Positions 56,999 through 64,000 of a stretch of 64,000 nt of DNA are shown here, piece after piece. Under the pieces are notes generated by a model that did not search any database, was not told the origin of the DNA, and saw only the letters and a program-made list of their open reading frames with translations. This stretch comes from Eledone cirrhosa (taxonomy: Eukaryota). Position numbers and translations under genes: made by a program. The stretch is from contig OZ024753.1 of the NCBI GenBank assembly GCA_964016885.1, positions 1,612,001 to 1,676,000 on the forward strand, in the 5' to 3' direction. Positions within the stretch are counted from its first letter, which is position 1. Each line of letters opens with the position of its first letter.

Positions 56999-57785
56999 CA
57001 TACACACACACACACATATACACACATATATACACACACATATATACACACACATATATATATACACACACACACACACATATATATATATATTTATACA
57101 AACGTATATACACACACATTTATATATATACATATGTATATATATAATCATTAATTATAAGAACAGATTAAAGTTGAAGAAAAGAATCGTTGCTTAACGG
57201 AATCTTCTGAAACTCAGAAGATCCTGTTAAGGGTGAAAGCAGCGATTCTTTAATTAAAATAACAGATTAAAGTTTAAGCAATGTTTGCTCTATATATTTG
57301 ATATATATTTATCCTTATCGAGCCCTATTTGGAATTTAGTCTTCACACTTATTATTATTATTATTACTATATAGACATTAAACACGATCATCATACATAT
57401 TAAATGTGTATTGATACCGTAACATAGTATATAAATATATATTATATTTTTCCTTGTTTTGTTTCCAATTATTGATGTGTAATTGGACCTTCTCTTTCTG
57501 CTTTTAACCCTGACCTTTTAAGCCATTGTTGACTTTTACGCTAGCTTATTTCTTCTCAGTCGAAATTTGCGGGATACTGGACGTGAAGAGCTTTTCTCTC
57601 CATTTCTCCATTACTATATTTTGTAATTCCATCTGTTTTTTTTTTAGTTATTTAGTCTTTTATGTTCGTTTTTACTTATATAATTCTATTGTTTCAGTGT
57701 AGATAGCTTCTCGTTTGTACTGCATTGGCGGTATCAGTAGAGCGTCGGACAAAATATTTTTCGGCATTTAGATACAACTTTCTAC

Positions 57786-58183
57786 TCTCTACCATAGGCG
57801 CTGAGCTGACTCGCCGCAGGGGTGTGCCTCGCGAGATGGAATGGCTCTTCCAGTGCATCTCCCTCCGGGGAAACGCCTTCTCCATTGTCGGCCGAGGCTG
57901 TGGGGTGACCAGCACATGGGACCCCATTTGCTCATAATACAGAGAGATGGGGAGGGCAAGAGAGATGGAGGTGATGTCAGCGGGAGCTCGGACACATCAA
58001 TTCTATGTTGCTGTTGTCCATTCAGCTATCTTTCTGTCTGAACTGACGTTTAAGTTTGACACTGCCACACGCTCTCGTATCTAAAAATCATAGCTTGGGT
58101 CAAATTGAAGTCAAAGTAAGTTACGACTTAGAAAATAGTTGAGTTGTTTGTGTATAACAGATTTTTTCCAAATTTGATTTTAT
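57786..58183 (+). mobile_element. 5'-truncated CRE-clade element inserted in a SINE, with 11-bp TSD
   Basis: IGAELTRRRGVPREMEWLFQCISLRGNAFSI; TSD CAACTTTCTAC at 57775-57785 and 58184-58194. Confidence 0.75.
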
Positions 58184-58544
58184 CAACTTTCTACGTATTG
58201 AGTTCATATTCCGCCGATCTCAAGTTTGCTATTCATCTCTCGGTGATCGATAAAAGGAACTACCTGTTAAGTACTGGGTCCATATTATCGGCCCTGAACT
58301 TTTCCCAAATTGCTGGACTTGTACCAATTCTAGAAAGAATTATTTCTTTATATATATAGAAACGTTTCTGTTTTATTTCGTGTTTCCTTATTTCACTTCT
58401 CGTCTTTACTGTTTGTTCCTAAATGTTTTCTAGTCTGACCATTATCATTTTATTGCAAATTTATATTTGTATCAGATCCCATTCTACTTGTGTACATAGA
58501 ATCAATTAATCTGTCAAACAATTAATAATAAATTGTTTAAATAA

Positions 58545-59040
58545 AGTGTTGGAGCTTCTGTTGGATTGCTGTGTTAATTTGTTCAGTTGGTCACAGTACA
58601 CATCCGAATTAATGGTCTTGTCCATGGGAAGAGCTCGTGAAAGACAACACCCATTTAATACCACCAAATTGAAAGCATAACCTACGGGTGAAGTCCTACT
58701 TTAGAGGTTGTTTGTAGTGGTTCAATCCGCTTCCTCCATAATCATTTGCGCTTATTCATTGTTACAGATGATCCTGTCACCATCCTCTTCAAAAAAGGAA
58801 CGTTTTCGTCACGTTTCTGCAACGAATTGCAGATGGAAATCCATTGAACGACGTTAACCTCATTCAATTGATTGATGTGTGATACAAACATCGAGCTTGC
58901 TGATGGTTTTCAGCACTCAATGTGGATATTTGGAGAATATCCTAGTCGTATAACGGGGGTTTGTGTCGACTAACTCGTTCATTTTGTTGCAGTTGGCTGG
59001 TCACAATGAGGTGCAACTCGAACCGAAAGATTTCACGATG
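58545..59040 (-). mobile_element. Mariner transposase remnant
   Basis: ISICNSLQKRDENVPFLKRMVTG..GLHP..MLSIWW..TINSDVYCDQL. Confidence 0.85.
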
Positions 59041-60059
59041 GTAGCAGAACCTTCAAAATAAAAAAATTTAAGAAAGCCAAACAGGAAATTATTATTTATT
59101 CATACAACTCTACGAACGTGGCTAGAATATCGCATACATTTGCGGAGAAACTGGAGTATACCAGTTAACAATTATCTCCAATATGGGAGCTTTATCCTAA
59201 CCGTATCGCTTCAGGAAATATATAGAACAAAATAACAATAAATTAATACCATAAGACAAATATCAAGAAATGTACAAGTTGTTTTTCAAACATTCAAGTT
59301 TATAAATCTATCTGTGCTTTTTCCCGGAAACAAATATGTTATAACTAGGAACTGGTTACAACAGTGGCTGTTAAAGATTTTCTTTATAAAGTTAGGATAA
59401 TTTGCTCAATTATTCATAAGAGAATGATTTGAAAATATTTAGATTTTTTTCGTTAGTTAATATCTTATTCAAGTATAGAAGAAAATTATAGATACGGAGC
59501 TAAGAATATTTTCATATATATATAACTATTATTTTTCTAATGAGGTTCTAAAATTAAAGTAATGAAAACATTCTATTTGAAATGTCACAACATTATAGAA
59601 TTGGTAACAATACTAATTTAACATTATATATATATATATATATATATTTGTTTTAGTAATATAAATATGCTCCTAAATTTTTATTTGGCTTTGGTTGAAT
59701 GGCTTTTGGTTGATATTTCTAGCTATACACATACCTATTTACGTCACGTAGTCAAAACTGAAGCACCCTCTTATTTCGTAGCTCGATGTGTGATTTGCTT
59801 AGGGGTGTGAATTCATATGGATTTAGCTCTCTTTCGCTGATGATCCTAGTTAAACATTTGAACCTCACCATTCCAAAGGTGAAACATGGTTCTGTGTACT
59901 GCCCTTGCCGTTCGGAGCAGGCGGTAAACAATATGCGAAAACATTGCACATAAAACAAAAAAACTGAAATGAAGGGACAGCATTCAAATGAAGGGACAAA
60001 CAGATAATAGGAAATCATATAAGGAACAGAATCTTCATAAAAATTTCGAAATATGATTC

Positions 60060-60396
60060 TAGAGTCTAAGGACATGTGGTTAGAACGTCTCAGGAAAGAA
60101 TCGCTGGACAGAGTTTACGGACAAAACCAACAGGTAGGAGACCCAGGGGCAGACGCCGAGCAAGATGGCTGGATAACACCCATGAGATTGACTGGTCTGC
60201 TTGGGATCCAGACGGATCGGTTGGAGACGTTTGCTTCTGACAGGATCCACTTGAGGGAGTGTTTGAAGACTTTGCCCCCATCACCCTCTCAAGTATAAGT
60301 GGGAGGAGGAGAAGGAGAAGAAGAAGGAGAAGGAGAAGGAGGAGAAGAAGAAGAAGGAGAAGAAGAAGGAGAAGGAGAAGAAGAAGAAGAAGAAGA
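60060..60396 (+). mobile_element. RTE-clade LINE 3' end with expanded (GAA/GGA)n tail
   Basis: LGIQTDRLETFASDR..ECLKTLPP, homologous to 14142-14378. Confidence 0.85.
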
Positions 60397-60800
60397 GTTA
60401 TATTTCTTTTTGATTAAAAGACATCGAACATGTTGAAGTGTATTTTGTATAAGTTGTGTATTTTGAAACAGAATAATTACAGATTGATATCAATATACAG
60501 ATGTTTAATACAATTATTTTTACAAAAAATATCACTGTTATAATTATTAACACTAATTGCATATAACCATTGCCTGAAGCAAAGATTGTTGATGATAATT
60601 CATATATTAAATTTATGTAAAAAATTTTAGTGGCCATTAAGATAATATTTCCCAATGGAATCTAAGTAATTCCCCGAAGGAAAATGTTTCCCGATTGTTT
60701 ATATCTCATAAAATGCCTAAACAAAAATATTGACACTGCACAATTTGATTGCTACTCCAACAAAATAAAAAGAAAATTATTTTCATACTTATGATAACAA

Positions 60801-60840
<40 letters not shown>

Positions 60841-61254
60841 GGAGGTGAGTTTTATTGTAGTACAATAAGGCAATGCAGATATCGGATAAGAAGCACTCTA
60901 CAGTTTGTAGGACTGGAGTATACATAATATATAAGATCAAAAGATGGTTAAATGAGTTCCATGTATTTTATTATGCGCATTTCAAAAACAAATATCATCA
61001 TGCAATAACATTTGTGTTCTCATCAGACAAAATAGGAGGACATAATATGAAGGTTAAAAACACTTGTGGATAGTGCAGTTTTAAAACAACATATATATAT
61101 ATATATACATACATATATATATATAGTAATAATAATAAATTTGAAGACTAAAATCCAAAGAGGGCTCGATAAGGATTTTATCGATAAGTTTCAGAAGATC
61201 TCGTTAAGGGTGAAAGCAGCGATTCTTTGCTTAAACTTTAATCTGTTATTTTAA

Positions 61255-61306
<52 letters not shown>

Positions 61307-61847
61307 TGAGCGAATGACATATATAGATTTATATCAAACATAAAAACAGGAGATAATTTGTAAAGAATGTAAGAACATATAATTACAAATAATCAGTAGA
61401 GTGAGTTGAATAAAGATACCGATATCAAAGAGAACATACTAAACATTAAATAACTATTTTACTCTCGTACACTATTGCTTTATAGCTTCAGGACCATGTT
61501 TCACCTTTGAAATGGTTAAGTTCTATGGTTAAATAGTATCATCGGTGACAGAGAATTAACCATGTGAACTTACACCACTAAAACAAATCTAAGGATTGGC
61601 CGAAACGTACATGGAGTTTCGAAAGCAACCACTGCGTCTCAGTTATGTCCATGTGACCTGTATAAGTATGTGTATAACTAGAAATAGAAGCCAACACAAC
61701 CATGGAACAATAAAAAGTTCGACTAAAATATAATTCAGGAGCATATTTATATTTCTAAAATGAATAAAGAAGTCGTGTGTGAGAAAATTAGACACATGCC
61801 ACATCGCCCGCAAAGGAACCGATCTCTCTCTCTCTCTCTCTGTGCGC

Positions 61848-61914
<67 letters not shown>

Positions 61915-62131
61915 TTTATAGAAATCTAAAATGTTGAACAATTTAACAAAGAAAATGTTAAAAAATTTACATTTTAAAACGCCTGAAACGTTTTCAGTCC
62001 CTTCAAAGCATTGCTGGTTACAAGCATTATAAATTGTTGATTAGCAATTAGGTCTTACAAAATCTCAGCTGGCTATCCTAAGAACAAACAACTGATGCTT
62101 TTATATTCTTTAAGAATAGCTACTATATATA

Positions 62132-62192
<61 letters not shown>

Positions 62193-62714
62193 CACACACA
62201 CACATATATATATTTACACATATACTATCTACTGTTTGTAACTCTTAGAAGAAGGAGGCGAGATCTGAACTTAGAGCTTTGTGAAGCAAAACAAATACTA
62301 CCAATTCTCCCCCCTTTTGCGCACACAAACATGCATATATGTACTTTTATTCATATAAATATATACGCATAATATAAATGTATATACATACATTTAAACA
62401 TGTTTATGTATGTAAGTATGTGTTTATATGTTTATGGGGGTATATTGTATACTTCAACTAATTATTTTCATAAACTAACAATAAATAGCTTCTAGCTACG
62501 TTGTTACCTAAATTTTAGAATGTAATTTACAACACCTAAATTTAGTTGTCGCTAAATATATTTCACTCAGTCAGAGCTATTTTAGTTTGCTATAACTATT
62601 TTCTTTGTTTGCTTGTGTATTTGTTTTGCTGTCTTTCTTTATTTCATTCCCCTTTCTTCTCTTTCTGTATATATTTTCTGTTCATAAGTGTTACATTTTC
62701 ATAATAAGCATTCA

Positions 62715-62951
62715 CTATGTTTTCGAAATTGCCTCTTGAACTATATTCATAACGTTAGTAGATTTAACACAATAACCACTCGAAGGTTCGAAGGTATTGA
62801 TGGGGATGATTGTTGTAGATCTTTTTGCTGATATGAAATCAGTACAATGAAACGTGATTACGTCATTTCCAGTTGCCATGTTCTCATAAATCCATCCATG
62901 TATATCCACACACACTATCGAGTTGACAGTAATGTCTGCTTGAACATGGAA
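62715..62951 (-). CDS. Probable terminal coding exon of an unidentified gene (FHVQADITVNSIVCVDIHGWIYENMATG...EAISKT*)
   Basis: A pyrimidine-rich acceptor (ttcacttttcacctag) is followed by 78 open, high-complexity codons in phase 0 and then TAG. AATAAA lies about 370 nt downstream on the minus strand. No homology recognised. Confidence 0.5.
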   Translation of the reverse strand, partial: FHVQADITVNSIVCVDIHGWIYENMATGNDVITFHCTDFISAKRSTTIIPINTFEPSSGYCVKSTNVMNIVQEAISKT

Positions 62952-63108
62952 CTAGGTGAAAAGTGAATAAAGATTTATTAAATACGGCACATGACAGCAA
63001 CGTAGCCTCTCTCATCGCACTACTGTCCAGTGATGTAGGTGATCACGTCAAGCCGACCACATTTAATTATCAAAGTGTAGTAAATATCATTACTCTGATA
63101 CACACACA

Positions 63109-63142
<34 letters not shown>

Positions 63143-63202
63143 TATATATATAATGTCAATGATGAAGAACAACACAGGAGAATAATACAGTAAGTACAAT
63201 AA

Positions 63203-63738
63203 TCTATATACTACTAAAACTCTGATTGCTTGCTTGCTTGTCTGTAATGTAATACAGCCAAAACGGCGCCTAATGGGAAGATACTTTGCCAGGAAGTTGC
63301 CCCTGAAATGGTAATACAAATGGAATAAAACAAGTTTCGCGTAACTCGAAGCACGGGTTCCCGAGATGAGGGGTTTTCTGGGCACCTTCATAAACAGAGA
63401 GAGAGAAGGATAAAGAGAAAGAGATAGTGATTCTGAGAGAGTAGAGAGAGAGGAAGGAGACAGAAGGAAAATGGAAGATAGAGCTAGTGTTGTGTGTATA
63501 TATATGTGTATCTATGACCACTGTATATGGATCACAGACACCCATATATATATACACACATGTATACACACACACACATACGTACAGACACACATATATA
63601 TATAGGCCTTCCAGTTTCATTTCACATTATATACATGTCTGTGTATATTTTAATTATTTAAAAATTATTTTTAAGAGACCATGATTTAAAAAAAATATTT
63701 TGAAGTGAACGCGACCCAACGGATCACGGGTGGTCTAG
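63203..63738 (+). mobile_element. Non-autonomous Helitron
   Basis: 5' A|TCTATATACTACTAAAAC start, internal microsatellites, subterminal ACCC..GGGT hairpin and CTAG|T end. Confidence 0.6.
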
Positions 63739-63779
63739 TGATATATATTAATTTAACGCGTAATATAGTAGAAAAAGCG

Positions 63780-63815
63780 TCTTAACGTTTAGGACGTTTG
63801 TCCTTCATCGGAAGA
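63780..63815 (-). ncRNA. Decayed minimal hammerhead (G12U)
   Basis: UCUU CCGAUGA A GGAC-aaac-GUCC UAAA CG UU AAGA. A paralog at 42784-42819 (-) has different core lesions. Confidence 0.5.
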
Positions 63816-64000
63816 TAGAACAAGACATGGAAGAAGAAATAGAAGGGTAGACAAGAGTAAGAAAAAGAAGAAACAGAAATAAACATTTTTGTATTTGTTT
63901 TGCAAAATTCTTGGTGGGAAACCGTATGCTGACATATAGTTTCAATATAAATATTTATATATACTATAATATTTATATATACTGTTTATATATTTTTGAC

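Overview
AT-rich, microsatellite-saturated animal genomic DNA. The SINE families and the (TA)n/(CA)n/(GA)n load suggest an octopus or other cephalopod (inference). Almost all long ORFs in the track are microsatellite artefacts. Genic signal is limited to the first coding exon (N-terminus to TM3) of a rhodopsin-family peptide GPCR on the minus strand (47121-46523) and a probable terminal exon of an unidentified gene (62951-62715, minus). The rest is transposon debris: tRNA-derived SINEs; CR1-, RTE-, R4/Dong- and CRE-like LINE fragments; mariner and hAT remnants and MITEs; and a Helitron. The main hidden signal is a dense set of type I hammerhead ribozyme (HHR) folds, about 15 intact or decayed, in several unrelated short repeat families. 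These sit in (TA)n tracts and are often head-to-head palindromes. They include a complete stem II swap between paralogous copies, a U3-A8 compensatory core and a family-wide U4A core. They resemble Penelope-like pseudo-LTR or retrozyme-type non-autonomous elements. All folds were assigned by eye and none has been tested.
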